Assembly: GCA_963737635.1 (NCBI GenBank)
Contig: CAVTTL010000001.1
Span: 160,001-224,000, forward strand
Direction: 5' to 3'
DNA: 64,000 nt
Origin: an uncultured Methanoregulaceae archaeon
GTDB taxonomy: Archaea > Halobacteriota > Methanomicrobia > Methanomicrobiales > Methanospirillaceae
Both the position numbers and the translations under genes were made by a program. Below are positions 1-9,909 of the stretch, piece after piece. The first letter of the stretch is position 1. Each line of letters begins with the position of its first letter. The notes under the pieces are model-generated. The model saw nothing but the letters and a program-made list of their open reading frames with translations, was not told where the DNA came from and searched no databases.

Positions 1-2
1 AG

Positions 3-1100
3 AAGGGCTGCGACTACTGTACCCGGGGCGTCCGGGAGGAATATGCCGGATTCAAGGATCTCATGACCATCGCCCAGGAGACGCTTGCAGCCCTCCAAAC
101 TAAGACCGGCGATCTTGACCGGATCACCATCAGTGGTGGCGGCGACCCCAGCTGCTACCCACAGTTTACCGACCTCATCGAACTGTTAGGCGCGACAGAA
201 GCACCGCTCCATATCGGGTACACCAGCGGCAAAGGCTGGGATGATGAAACAATCGCCGATCTCCTTATAGATAACAACCTTGCCGAGTGCTCGTTTACGG
301 TCTTTGCCACGGATCCGGCCCTCAGGAAACGCTGGATGCACGATCCTACCCCGGACGCCTCACTCGCCATCCTCGAACGGCTCTGCGGCTCGGCCGACGT
401 CTACGCTGCCGCAGTCGTGCTGCCCGGGGTAAACGATGGCCAGGTTCTCGAAGAGACCTGTGCGTGGCTCGAGGAACGCGGCGCCAAAGGGGTCATCCTC
501 ATGCGATTTGCAAATACCACCGGTCAGGGGCTTATCCTTGAAAATGCACCGGTCATCAAAGGCCAGGCTGTGCAGTCGGTGGAATCGTTCCGGGACATGG
601 TCAGCGATCTGAACAGCAGGTTTAACATAAAGATCTCCGGTACGCCGCTCTGGGATCCGGAGATCGGCTCGCCCTTTGCAATCCTGCATGAACCATCTCT
701 GGTAAAAAAACTCCCCCGGATCCAGCGCCGGGCATCAGTCATCACCGGTGCCGTGGCTGCACCATTTATCAGCGAGATTTTGTCGGCACGCGGGGCAATC
801 GCCCCGGTCATCCCGGTAAAAAAGGAGATCGCCTGCCTGATCACAGAGGACGACCTCAGGGAGATCGATTGTTCACTTCTCGAACCAACCGTTATCATCC
901 CGGGAAGGGCATTCGTCCACGATGCCGAGGCAAAAAACGTCCTCAGCCGGGACGGCACAGCCCGCGAAGTAATCCGGGGGCCGGATCAGCTCACTGCCGA
1001 TGCGGAGACGAGCATGGGCATGACACGGCGTGACGTTCTCGATAGGGAGATGGCAGGTTTTTCCGATCTCATCCGGCTGATCAACCTGTACGGGAAATAG
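3..1100 (+). CDS. mmp10: Methanogenesis marker 10, MCR arginine methyltransferase (radical SAM), 5'-partial
   Basis: Frame is open from base 3 (KGCDYCTRG). It has ISGGGDPSCYP and a C-terminal PGRAFVHD...RGPDQLTADAETSMGM typical of Mmp10. Confidence 0.85.
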   Translation, partial: KGCDYCTRGVREEYAGFKDLMTIAQETLAALQTKTGDLDRITISGGGDPSCYPQFTDLIELLGATEAPLHIGYTSGKGWDDETIADLLIDNNLAECSFTVFATDPALRKRWMHDPTPDASLAILERLCGSADVYAAAVVLPGVNDGQVLEETCAWLEERGAKGVILMRFANTTGQGLILENAPVIKGQAVQSVESFRDMVSDLNSRFNIKISGTPLWDPEIGSPFAILHEPSLVKKLPRIQRRASVITGAVAAPFISEILSARGAIAPVIPVKKEIACLITEDDLREIDCSLLEPTVIIPGRAFVHDAEAKNVLSRDGTAREVIRGPDQLTADAETSMGMTRRDVLDREMAGFSDLIRLINLYGK

Positions 1101-1103
1101 GCA
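999..1103 (+). repeat. 105-bp direct repeat, copy 1 (mmp10 3' end)
   Basis: Matches 1838-1942 with 3 mismatches. Confidence 0.95.
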
Positions 1104-1268
1104 GGATCATCCCCGTCTGGGATGGAAATCATCAATGACGTTGTCATACCGGATACTGAATCCTCCATGTCAAGCCAGGTGCCATCAAAGTTTAGGCGGA
1201 GACTGGGTATGACACATAAATTTAACGAGCAAAAGGACAAATGGTACATTTAGCCCAAAAAGGAGAAT

Positions 1269-1550
1269 ATGGCCATGGCAAAAAACTGCAATCCTCTTAC
1301 TGAGAAAGTGCTCGTTTCTACGGATACCAAAAAAGCCCTGATGTCCATCAAGGAGCCGGGGGAAAGGTTCGGGGATGTGATCGATCGGGTGTTGCAGGAC
1401 CGGAAGCGTCAGGACTTCATTGCACACCTTGATAAGATCGCAGAGGAAGGAGAATTCGTCCCGTTCGACAGCGATGCCGAATACGCGACACTGAAAAAAG
1501 AGATGCGTCGTGAGAGTAAACATCGACAAGCGGGCGCTGCAGTACGTTAA
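1269..1550 (+). CDS. Putative antitoxin (RHH-like, archaeal type)
   Basis: VLVSTDTKKALMSIK..GERFGDVIDRVL pattern; overlaps the downstream toxin-like ORF. Confidence 0.7.
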   Translation: MAMAKNCNPLTEKVLVSTDTKKALMSIKEPGERFGDVIDRVLQDRKRQDFIAHLDKIAEEGEFVPFDSDAEYATLKKEMRRESKHRQAGAAVR

Positions 1551-1776
1551 CAGCCTGCCGGAGAAGAATCGCCGGATCGTCAAGCAGCATTTGCTGAATC
1601 TTGAAGATCCGTATACGGCCCCGGATGTGGAGCTGTTGCAGAATGGTCACTGCCGGATGCACATCGCTCATTCGTATACTGCCTTCTTCGATATCCTTCC
1701 TGGGGGCATTGTCAACATTCTCGAAGTGATGACAATCGAGGAAGCGCATAAAAGGTATAAGCGATTCGGGAAGTAA
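1510..1776 (+). CDS. RelE/ParE-family toxin
   Basis: 88-aa basic protein (RALQYVNSL..KNRRIVK...CRMHIAHSYTAFF) coupled to an antitoxin-like gene. Confidence 0.7.
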   Translation: MRVNIDKRALQYVNSLPEKNRRIVKQHLLNLEDPYTAPDVELLQNGHCRMHIAHSYTAFFDILPGGIVNILEVMTIEEAHKRYKRFGK

Positions 1777-1837
1777 CCGTACCGGGCAGATGTTTCGGTT
1801 TCACTATGAGTTCTCAAATTGTGGGGAAATCTCCTGT

Positions 1838-1942
1838 GATGCCGAAACGAGCATGGGCATAACACGGCGTGACGTTCTCGATAGGGAGATGGCAGGTTTT
1901 TCCGATCTCATCCGGCTGATCAACCTGTACGGGAAATAGGCA
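1838..1942 (+). repeat. 105-bp direct repeat, copy 2 (duplicated mmp10 3' end)
   Basis: Matches 999-1103, including the TAG stop. Confidence 0.95.
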
Positions 1943-1992
1943 CAAATATCCCTGCAAAAACAAGGGGGGCTCCTTCACATAGGGAGGTGAAG

Positions 1993-2922
1993 TCACGTGG
2001 CTACTTTCAGGATGATCTTTCCCGTCGCATGCCCGGATTGGCTCAGATCCTGTGCGGCTTGCGCCTCGGCAAGGGGAAACACCTTTTCTACGACCACTTT
2101 GAGTTTTTCCATATCGACCAGACTACCGATCTCCTGGAGCCGGGCCCCGTTAGAGACGAGCGTGAACGACCTGCCGGCAACACCATGAGCTGCTGCCGCT
2201 TTCTGGTCTGCTCCTACAGACGACACCAGTACCCCGCCTTTTCGTATCACGCCCCACGATTTTGCCTGGGTCTCCCCACCAATGGTATCGAAGACCACAT
2301 CAACATCACTGACTTTCTTGCTGAAATCCTCGGCTGTGTGATCGATAATTTCGTCCGCACCGAGCGAACTTACCATCGCGGCATTTTTCGATGATGTTGT
2401 GCCGATGACATAAGCACCCGCAATTTTTGCCAGCTGGACGGCAAAGGTGCCAACCCCACCAGATGCCCCGTGAACGAGGATCTTCTGGTCTTTCCTGAGG
2501 CCGGCGACCTCAAAGAGTGCCATCCATGCTGTCTGAGATGCGAGTGGTATGCCCGCAGCCTGAACGAGCGGGATACTCCGTGGTGCAGGTGCGACGTCGA
2601 TAGTCCGTACCGTCACATATTCTGCATATCCCCCATTCCGTGAGGTGTCAGGACGGCAGAAGACAGCGTCGCCTTTCTTGAACCGCTTGACGAGACTCCC
2701 GGTCTCTTCCACCGTACCTGCGACATCCCACCCAAGGGTCAGGGGAAGCATATGGGGAGCCATATTCTCCATGAACCCTTCGCGAATCTTCCAGTCGACG
2801 GGGTTGACGCCACACGCATGCACCTTGACCAGGACTTCATCGGGACCGGTCTCCGGCCTGGGTGCATCTTCGTACTTCAGGACCCCGGAATTGCCAAACG
2901 CATGGATACGTACCGCTTTCAT
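1993..2922 (-). CDS. NADP-dependent MDR/quinone oxidoreductase
   Basis: [28 protein letters not shown] motifs. Confidence 0.9.
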   Translation of the reverse strand: MKAVRIHAFGNSGVLKYEDAPRPETGPDEVLVKVHACGVNPVDWKIREGFMENMAPHMLPLTLGWDVAGTVEETGSLVKRFKKGDAVFCRPDTSRNGGYAEYVTVRTIDVAPAPRSIPLVQAAGIPLASQTAWMALFEVAGLRKDQKILVHGASGGVGTFAVQLAKIAGAYVIGTTSSKNAAMVSSLGADEIIDHTAEDFSKKVSDVDVVFDTIGGETQAKSWGVIRKGGVLVSSVGADQKAAAAHGVAGRSFTLVSNGARLQEIGSLVDMEKLKVVVEKVFPLAEAQAAQDLSQSGHATGKIILKVAT

Positions 2923-3055
2923 GATACCCTCGTCCTGCTAATCATACCATGAGAGTAAAAACATTTGTTTCGTACGTAGCGAAACACGGTGAAGGACGTA
3001 TATAAAAACGAAAAAATGCGCCCGGCATGTGCCGGACTCGAAAAAGATGCGTGGA

Positions 3056-3559
3056 TCAGGCCAGTGCCGCCGTGATTCCGACAATCCCGGACTGGATGAT
3101 CAGGGCAACGGCAATAATGACCCCGGCCATCTCAAGCGCAACAGCGACGTTTCCTTTTTTGAGTTCTTCAAACTCGTGGACGCCGGTAGTCAGCTTGTCG
3201 AGGATGGTAAGGGCAAGATAGATAGCAACCACCGCAAGGATGACGCCAAGCACCAGCTGGAGGATCGCAACACAGATTATCGTGAGTCCGTCAACGGACA
3301 TCAGGCCGACCGCCGATGCCTTGCTGATACCGACTGATATGCCGGTGATGCCTGACTGGACAACCACTGCAATAGCCACAAAAATGGCGGCAACTACAAT
3401 ACCAAATGCGACGTTTCCCTTCGCGAGTTCCTGCTGCTCATCGACGTCCCGGGTAATCCTGCCAAAGACATAGAACCCCATATAAAGCGCTGCCACCGCA
3501 AGGATGACTGCGATGATCAACTGGACTATCCCGATAGCTGCATTCAGAAGAATCATCAT
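3056..3559 (-). CDS. DUF350-like membrane protein
   Basis: Two repeats of E..EL.KGNVA.. with TM helices. Confidence 0.75.
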   Translation of the reverse strand: MMILLNAAIGIVQLIIAVILAVAALYMGFYVFGRITRDVDEQQELAKGNVAFGIVVAAIFVAIAVVVQSGITGISVGISKASAVGLMSVDGLTIICVAILQLVLGVILAVVAIYLALTILDKLTTGVHEFEELKKGNVAVALEMAGVIIAVALIIQSGIVGITAALA

Positions 3560-3794
3560 CAGACCTCTTTTACTATTTTCTTTGCGTTGATGCAGCACAT
3601 AAATATATCCCCGGGAAAGAGGACAAATCCGTGAGGATCCACGATAAAACGGCATTCCGGCTAAATAAAATCATTAAAAAAGTACCTGCAGCGCCCTCAG
3701 GAGACTTCGTATCATTTCAACCGAGGGGGAAAGGATCACGTTCACGGAGTACAGAAAAACACGATACGAAAAGATGTTCTGTACTACCAAAAAA

Positions 3795-3911
3795 TGCTGC
3801 GGGTGGGTTACGATCCCACGATCTCCAGATGTCCCAAAGTTCTCACGCACCAAAGCGGGCGTGTATCAAACCCTATGAGTCTGGCGCCCTAACCAGCTAG
3901 GCCACCGCAGC
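3795..3911 (-). tRNA. Elongator tRNA-Met(CAU) with 43-nt intron at 37/38 (3831-3873)
   Basis: Acceptor stem GCTGCGG/CCGCAGC, D-loop AGCTGGTTA, anticodon arm CCAGA-CT-CAT-A...A-TCTGG. BHB-like junction (CTCA/TGGG helix with TAG and ACA bulges). Confidence 0.9.
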
Positions 3912-3976
3912 ACGAGGTGCATAATTACAACGCCGTAAAAATTCTTAAAGGTTCTGATACGAAAGATGAGCACGTA

Positions 3977-5452
3977 TCAGCCTTTTTTCTGCTGGAGATA
4001 GACGTTCACCGCTGCGGTTATCGCGGCCACTTTGTTGCCCTGGGAAAACGAACCGGCAAGGGTCTGCATCCGTGTCTCCTCATCGGTCTTGTACCGTTCA
4101 AGTGTTTTTATGATATGCTCTTCCTGCAGGAAGTGGGTATGGGTGTTGCCCTCAATGAACTGCGGGTTGTTCATAATTGCATAGTGAAGCGGGAGCGTGG
4201 TTTTGATCCCAAGGATGATGTATTCCGAGATTGCGCGGCGCATTCTCATGATTGCCTCGGGACGCGTACTGTCCCATGCGCAGAGTTTTGCGATCATCGA
4301 ATCGTAGTTGGGCGGGATCATGTATCCCATATGGATACCGCTGTCCACCCTGATACCGGGACCGCCCGGGGACCGGTACCGGAGGATCTTGCCCGGGTCA
4401 GCGGCAAAATTGTTGAGCGGGTCTTCCGCGTTGATCCGGCACTCGATCGCGTGTCCCCGGATCGATATGTCCTCCTGGTCAAACGGCAGGGATTCACCGG
4501 CGGCGATGGCTATCTGCTGCTTGACAAGATCGATCCCCGTGATGAACTCGGTGATGGTGTGCTCGACCTGCAGCCGGGTGTTCATCTCCATGAAGTAATA
4601 GTTCCCGTTACTGTACAGGAACTCGACCGATCCGGCATTGGTGTAATCCGACGCTTCCGCCACCTTGAGCGCAGAAGACGACATGCGTTCGCGCAGCTCG
4701 GGTGTCATAATCGCCGAGGGGGCCTCTTCGACCAGTTTCTGGTGCCGGCGCTGGATGGAACACTCGCGGTCGTAGAGGTGGACTGCATGCCCATGCTCGT
4801 CGGCAAGCACCTGAAACTCGATATGCCGGGGCTTGACCAGGTATTTTTCGATAAAGACCGTAGGATCGCCGAACGCAGACTGGGCGATCCGCATGCTGCC
4901 GGTAATTGCTTCTTCGAGGGCAGCCTCATCGTTAACGATCTGCATCCCAATCCCGCCACCACCAGCGCTCGCTTTCACGATGACCGGGTAGCCGATCTCT
5001 CCTGCCACCTTTTTTGCCGTATCGATATCCTTGATGCCGTCATCGGTCCCCGGCAGCACCGGCACACCGGCCTGCTTCATCATCTGCTTGCTGCCGATCT
5101 TGGATCCCATGGCTTTGATGGTCTTTGAGCACGGACCAATAAAGATCACGCCTTCATCAGCGCAGTGCTTGGCAAAACGGTAATTCTCCGCGAGGAAACC
5201 GTATCCCGGATGGATCGCCTCGGCACCGCTCTTTTTTGCAATGTCAACGATCCGGTCCATGTTGAGGTAGCTCTTCGAAGGGTGTGCTTCACCGACCGGG
5301 AAGGCTTCATCTGCATATTTCACATGAAGGGCATTTTTGTCCACAGAAGAATAGATCGCCACCGTATCGATATCGAGTTCCCGGCAGGCACGCATGACCC
5401 GGATCGCGATCTCGCCCCGGTTTGCGATCAGGATCTTCTCAAAAAATTTCAT
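3977..5452 (-). CDS. pycA: Pyruvate carboxylase subunit A (biotin carboxylase)
   Basis: ANRGEIA, HPGYGFLAEN, RECSIQRRHQK, EMNTRLQVEH. Confidence 0.95.
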   Translation of the reverse strand: MKFFEKILIANRGEIAIRVMRACRELDIDTVAIYSSVDKNALHVKYADEAFPVGEAHPSKSYLNMDRIVDIAKKSGAEAIHPGYGFLAENYRFAKHCADEGVIFIGPCSKTIKAMGSKIGSKQMMKQAGVPVLPGTDDGIKDIDTAKKVAGEIGYPVIVKASAGGGGIGMQIVNDEAALEEAITGSMRIAQSAFGDPTVFIEKYLVKPRHIEFQVLADEHGHAVHLYDRECSIQRRHQKLVEEAPSAIMTPELRERMSSSALKVAEASDYTNAGSVEFLYSNGNYYFMEMNTRLQVEHTITEFITGIDLVKQQIAIAAGESLPFDQEDISIRGHAIECRINAEDPLNNFAADPGKILRYRSPGGPGIRVDSGIHMGYMIPPNYDSMIAKLCAWDSTRPEAIMRMRRAISEYIILGIKTTLPLHYAIMNNPQFIEGNTHTHFLQEEHIIKTLERYKTDEETRMQTLAGSFSQGNKVAAITAAVNVYLQQKKG

Positions 5453-7198
5453 TGAACCACCACCAGGACATCGCCGTTCTGGACGACATCGCCGGTATCG
5501 ACAAAAATCTCAGTGACTTTGCCGTCAACCGGGCTGTGGATGGGGTTCTCCATCTTCATCGCTTCAAGGACGATGAGGGTATCGCCTTTTTTCACCGTCG
5601 CGCCCCGGTGAACCATGACCTGGAGCACCATGCCCTGCATATTGCTGCGGATCCCGCCGGCAATCTCGCCCCGCGGCGCTTTCTGGGGTGCTGCCCGGGT
5701 TACCTGCACCTGGTTTCCACCGACCGACACGATGCGTACCGAGAAGACTTCCCCGTCAACTTCAACTTCCATCTGGTCCGGGATACCGCCGGCAGTCGTT
5801 GCCGACTGGGCAGCTGGCAGTTTTCCGGGAATCAATTCTTGCTGGCGTTCACCTTTCAAAAACGAGGGTGCGATCGCGGGGTACATGATGTAGGTGAGCA
5901 CGTCCTCCTCTTTTTTGACGAGCCCGGCTTTTTCAGCTTCGGCTTTCATCCGATCGTAGGAGGGTTCCAACAAATCGGCAGGACGGCATACAATCGGGAC
6001 TTCGTCACCGATGATCTGGCACCGGATCGCGTCGCTGACCGGTGCCGGCGAACGGCCGTACAGATCCCCGTACGTAGTCCTTGACTTCTTTTGTCACGTT
6101 CGCGTACCGCTGGCCGTTTACGAGCACGTTCAGGACCGCCTGCGTACCAACGATCTGGCTCGTCGGTGTCACGAGCGGCGGGTAACCGAGATCCTTTCTC
6201 ACCCGCGGGATCTCGGCAAACACTTCCTCGAGCCTGTTAAGCGCATCCTGCTCCACCAGCTGCGAGACAAGGTTGGAGATCATGCCACCGGGCAGCTGGT
6301 AGATGAGGACGTCGCTGTCCACGCGCTCGGAGATAGGGTTCACCAGCCCCGCGTATTTCTCGCGGATCTGCACGCAGGTATTCCTGACAGCCCGGAGTTT
6401 GAGGAGATCGATACCAGTGTCCCGGGACGTCCCGGCTAGGGATGCCACTACACTTTCCGTCGGCGGCTGGGAGGTCCCCATCGCAAACGGCGACATGGCA
6501 GTGTCCAGGATATCTACACCGGCTTCGATGGCTGCCTGGTAACTCATGGGAGCAATCCCGCTCGTTGAGTGGCTGTGCAGGCAGACCCGGATATCGACCG
6601 CTTCTTTTATGCCGCCGATAAGCTCGCGAGCCGATTCCGGCATGATGAGCCCGGCCATATCCTTGATACAGATAGAATCGCAGTCAAGCGCGGCAAGCTC
6701 CTTCGCCATCTCGATAAACATGCCGGTGCTGTGAACCGGGCTCGTCGTATATGAGATAGTGCCCTGGAGGTGCGCCCCGGCCTTTTTTACCTGCTCCATC
6801 GAGCGTTTCATATTCCTGATATCGTTGAGTGCATCAAAGACCCGGAAGATATCCACACCGTTTTTATAGGACGCAGCAACAAAACGATCGACTACGTCAT
6901 CGGAATAGTGGCGGTACCCGACCAGGTTCTGGCCCCGGAGCAGCATCTGGATGGGAGTATGTTTCAGTTCTGTCTTGAGTGCCCGGAGCCGGTCCCAGGG
7001 ATCTTCGTTGAGGAACCGGATGGAGGTATCAAAGGTCGCCCCGCCCCATGCTTCGGCCGAGAAAAAACCGCACGCGTCAATCTCCTGTGCAAGCGGGAGC
7101 ATATCTTCGGTGCGAAGCCGGGTAGCAATGAGAGACTGGTGAGCGTCGCGAAGAGTGGTATCGGTGATAAGTAATTTGTGGGAATCGGCAGCACGCAT
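5449..7198 (-). CDS. pycB: Pyruvate carboxylase subunit B (frameshift near 6060)
   Basis: RDAHQSL, WGGATFD, CIKDMAG and biotinyl EAMKMEN; split across ORFs 6005-7198 and 5449-5973. Confidence 0.92.
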
Positions 7199-7270
7199 GA
7201 GAAACCTCGAAGGGGCTCCGGTTGTATAATTAGCCTCTCAAAACTTCATCAGGAAAGTATAAAAAATTCA

Positions 7271-7900
7271 CTAACGGAGGAGGCAGGCACAGACGAATGC
7301 TGCCGCGGCACAGGTCCCGGCAAGGATCTCGGCGGGGGGCGTGCAAAAATGCGTGCATATTGTCCCTCCGGCGCGGTACCCCCGCATGGCAAGGACTTCA
7401 GCGGTATCTTCTGCCCGCCGGAGCGTATCGCAGATAAGGATCCAGCCGACGGGCAGAATGCTTCGGATCCCCCACGGCACCCCTTTCTGCACCGACGCGA
7501 TCCGTACCCGGTAAAAATCCCCGGAGAGCCCTTGGGCCACTTCCAGCGCCATTCCGGCGATCATCCCCAGTTCGAACCCGACCCGGGTACCAAGAAGCCA
7601 GGTACCGGCGGCTAGGAAATCGCTGGCGCAGGAATCTGCATACACCCAGGTACCAACAAGCAGGATCGTGGTCATCCGGGCGAGATACGAGAGTCCGTTG
7701 CTTCCGGTAAACGCGAGAACTGCTGCCACCAGGACAAACAAGAGGAGCGTCGCAAATACTGCCCGGCGGTGCCGGATAGTCTTCCACCGGGGGGTAAATA
7801 CCAGCCACCAGGCAAAAGCCGCGGCGGCGCCGGCGATACTGATAAAGGCCGCAAGCGAGAGCAGAAACGCACAGGCAAACCTTAGTCGCGGGTCCTGCAT
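7271..7900 (-). CDS. ECF transporter transmembrane (T) component
   Basis: Hydrophobic, with RAE...LAMRGY motif; in the bioY operon. Confidence 0.75.
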   Translation of the reverse strand: MQDPRLRFACAFLLSLAAFISIAGAAAAFAWWLVFTPRWKTIRHRRAVFATLLLFVLVAAVLAFTGSNGLSYLARMTTILLVGTWVYADSCASDFLAAGTWLLGTRVGFELGMIAGMALEVAQGLSGDFYRVRIASVQKGVPWGIRSILPVGWILICDTLRRAEDTAEVLAMRGYRAGGTICTHFCTPPAEILAGTCAAAAFVCACLLR

Positions 7901-8579
7901 GCTGCCTCCCGGATCCCTTCCGGCGTGATATTTTCCGGCATTCTCCCGGTCTGGACTAGTCTTTTGATCAGGTGCGGTGCATGCTGCCAGCGCATGAGCG
8001 CCCCGGGCATTTCACCGCAATCGACAAGGTGCCCACCCGCTATTTCCCAGATATGACTGATTGTAGGAAAAGTGGTCTGTTCGTGAGTGAAGATTACCGT
8101 AATGCCGCGGGATCGCCTGCTGATCTGCTGGCAGACCTGCTCCTTTCCCGGGCAATCGAGCGATGAGAATGGCTCATCGAGCAGCAGCAGGTCGTTATCC
8201 CGGGAGAGGACACAGGCAAGGTGCAGGCGTTTGAGCTCCCCCGGCTCAGCGAGAGGGCTTGGGCCTTTGGGAGCACATCAATCCCAGCTTTTTGTATCAC
8301 CGCTTCTGGTATGAGCCCCCACGATTCACATTCGTCTGCAACTGAGAGCCCGGTGACATGGAACTCGGGAAACTGGAACGAGAGCATCGTGCTTTGGATT
8401 CCCTCGCGGATAACGGAGCCACCCTCAGGTACACCTAAACCAGCCATCATGAGGGCAAGCGTGGACTTGCCGCTCCCGACGTCCCCGCTCACCAGGTGAA
8501 TGCCCGGCATAAAAACACCGTGCGCCGCAAGCGACCAGTGCGGATGGCGTGCCAAGAGTTGATCGAGAACCAGCCTCAT
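7882..8579 (-). CDS. ECF/ABC ATPase (frameshift near 8240; 3' end approximate)
   Basis: GDVGSGKST Walker A; LLLLDEPF in the shifted frame. Confidence 0.75.
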
Positions 8580-9247
8580 ACCGGCCACCTCCATGAGAGC
8601 GGGTAGAAGGATGTATCGGAAAGCCGGGAAAAGACCGCCGCCGGTGCCCCGGTATGCACCACCCGGCCCTTCTCAAAATAGAGCAGCAGGTTCCCTTGTG
8701 CCGCAGTCTCCATCTGCTGCGTACACCGGATGATATACGGAACACCGGAAGCGCGGAGAGCCTCCTCGAGCCATGCGCACCGGCCCGCGTCAAGGTGCGA
8801 ATCGCATTCATCAAGGACGAGGACGCGGGGCCGGTTGATGCAGGCCGCGGCAAACGCAACGATGACTTTCTCTCCTCCGCTCAGGTCCTGCATGCGCCGG
8901 TCCAGCAGGTTATGGATCCCAAAACGTCCTGCACAGTCCCGTACTGCACGACTTGTCTCTTTACATGGTGTATACTGAAAACGCAAGGACGAGGCAAGTT
9001 CATCCCGTACTGTCGAAAAAAGGATGTTCCGATCCGGGAACTCGTTTACATACCCAATCCCGGTCAACCGGGGGGGCTGTTCGTCAACGAGCACGATACC
9101 GCACTCAGGTTCAGTGATACCGGCGCAAAGTTTCAAAAAGGTACTTTTGCCGCTGCCGTTCCTGCCGATAACCGATGTGACGCCAGGGGGAATAGCAAGA
9201 GCATCGATAGCAAGGCACCGATACCGGATTTTATCAAGAGTGATCAT
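8576..9247 (-). CDS. ECF/ABC ATPase
   Basis: GRNGSGKST, LSGGE, VLVLDE. Confidence 0.88.
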   Translation of the reverse strand: MITLDKIRYRCLAIDALAIPPGVTSVIGRNGSGKSTFLKLCAGITEPECGIVLVDEQPPRLTGIGYVNEFPDRNILFSTVRDELASSLRFQYTPCKETSRAVRDCAGRFGIHNLLDRRMQDLSGGEKVIVAFAAACINRPRVLVLDECDSHLDAGRCAWLEEALRASGVPYIIRCTQQMETAAQGNLLLYFEKGRVVHTGAPAAVFSRLSDTSFYPLSWRWPV

Positions 9248-9753
9248 GGCAGCTGCCGGGCAACCAGGTACACGGCACCGGCCTTTGCCGCTTCACCAGG
9301 AAGGAAAATGACTAGTCCAAGGATGAATGCCGCACCAAGGGCCATACCCGAAGTTGCCATCAGCCATGCCACACCGCAGAGGAGGATGAGCACTGCAGCG
9401 CAGCAAAGCCCCGCAATCCGCCGGATCAAACCATCCGACTCCCAGGCAACACCGGCAAGGAAAGCCGCAGGAATAAACCCGATCAGGTATCCCCCGGTAG
9501 GCCCAAGCAGTACACCTATCCCGGCGACACCGTTATGAAAAATCGGCAGGCCGAGGGTACCTAGCACCACATACAACGCGACCGGGATAACGGCTTCGCG
9601 CTTCATGACCGCTGCAGAGAGCAGGACAAAAAACGTCTGTAGGGTAAACGGTGCGGGAACGAACGGAACCGAGATCCAGCCGCCTAAGGTGATGAGTCCG
9701 ATAAAGGCTGCAGTATAGGCAATACGGCGTGAACGCTGGAGGTCGCCAAACAT
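9244..9753 (-). CDS. bioY: Biotin transporter S component BioY
   Basis: PFTLQTF, GLPIF, GPTGGYLIGF. Confidence 0.92.
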   Translation of the reverse strand: MFGDLQRSRRIAYTAAFIGLITLGGWISVPFVPAPFTLQTFFVLLSAAVMKREAVIPVALYVVLGTLGLPIFHNGVAGIGVLLGPTGGYLIGFIPAAFLAGVAWESDGLIRRIAGLCCAAVLILLCGVAWLMATSGMALGAAFILGLVIFLPGEAAKAGAVYLVARQLP

Positions 9754-9785
9754 CGTCAACCACTAAAAATTGAGAGGTTGACGAT
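9752..9785. promoter_or_regulatory. BirA-type operator overlapping the bioY start and TATA box
   Basis: Perfect ATCGTCAACC-N14-GGTTGACGAT, resembling the BirA box GTtAAC-N14-16-GTTaAC. Confidence 0.8.
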
Positions 9786-9796
9786 AAAAAAGTACC

Positions 9797-9805
9797 GGTC
9801 TCACT
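9797..9805 (+). repeat. Target-site duplication, left (GGTCTCACT)
   Basis: Identical to 13933-13941; extends to 13 bp (CCGGTCTCACTGG) if the TIRs are taken as 12 bp. Confidence 0.9.
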
Positions 9806-9909
9806 GGCTTTGCACGTAATGTCGTTTCTGCACGTAAAGTATGAGACTTGCACGTAAAGTCCAAAATGTTGCGGCAATAATCGGAAATTGGACGAAAGAT
9901 AAAAAAAAG

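Noticed and set aside
1808-1830. ctcaaatt near the mmp10 duplicate as a fourth palindrome module
   Set aside because: It is only an 8-bp match and lacks the CAG-N7-CTG core.
3795-3911. tRNA as an integration site or initiator tRNA
   Set aside because: I found no duplicated tRNA 3' end in the window, and it lacks the A1-U72 pair and the three G-C anticodon-stem pairs of initiators.
3917-9538. Long antisense ORFs (e.g. 3917-5128, 5422-6084, 8654-9538)
   Set aside because: They are shadow frames of GC-rich genes and carry no motifs.
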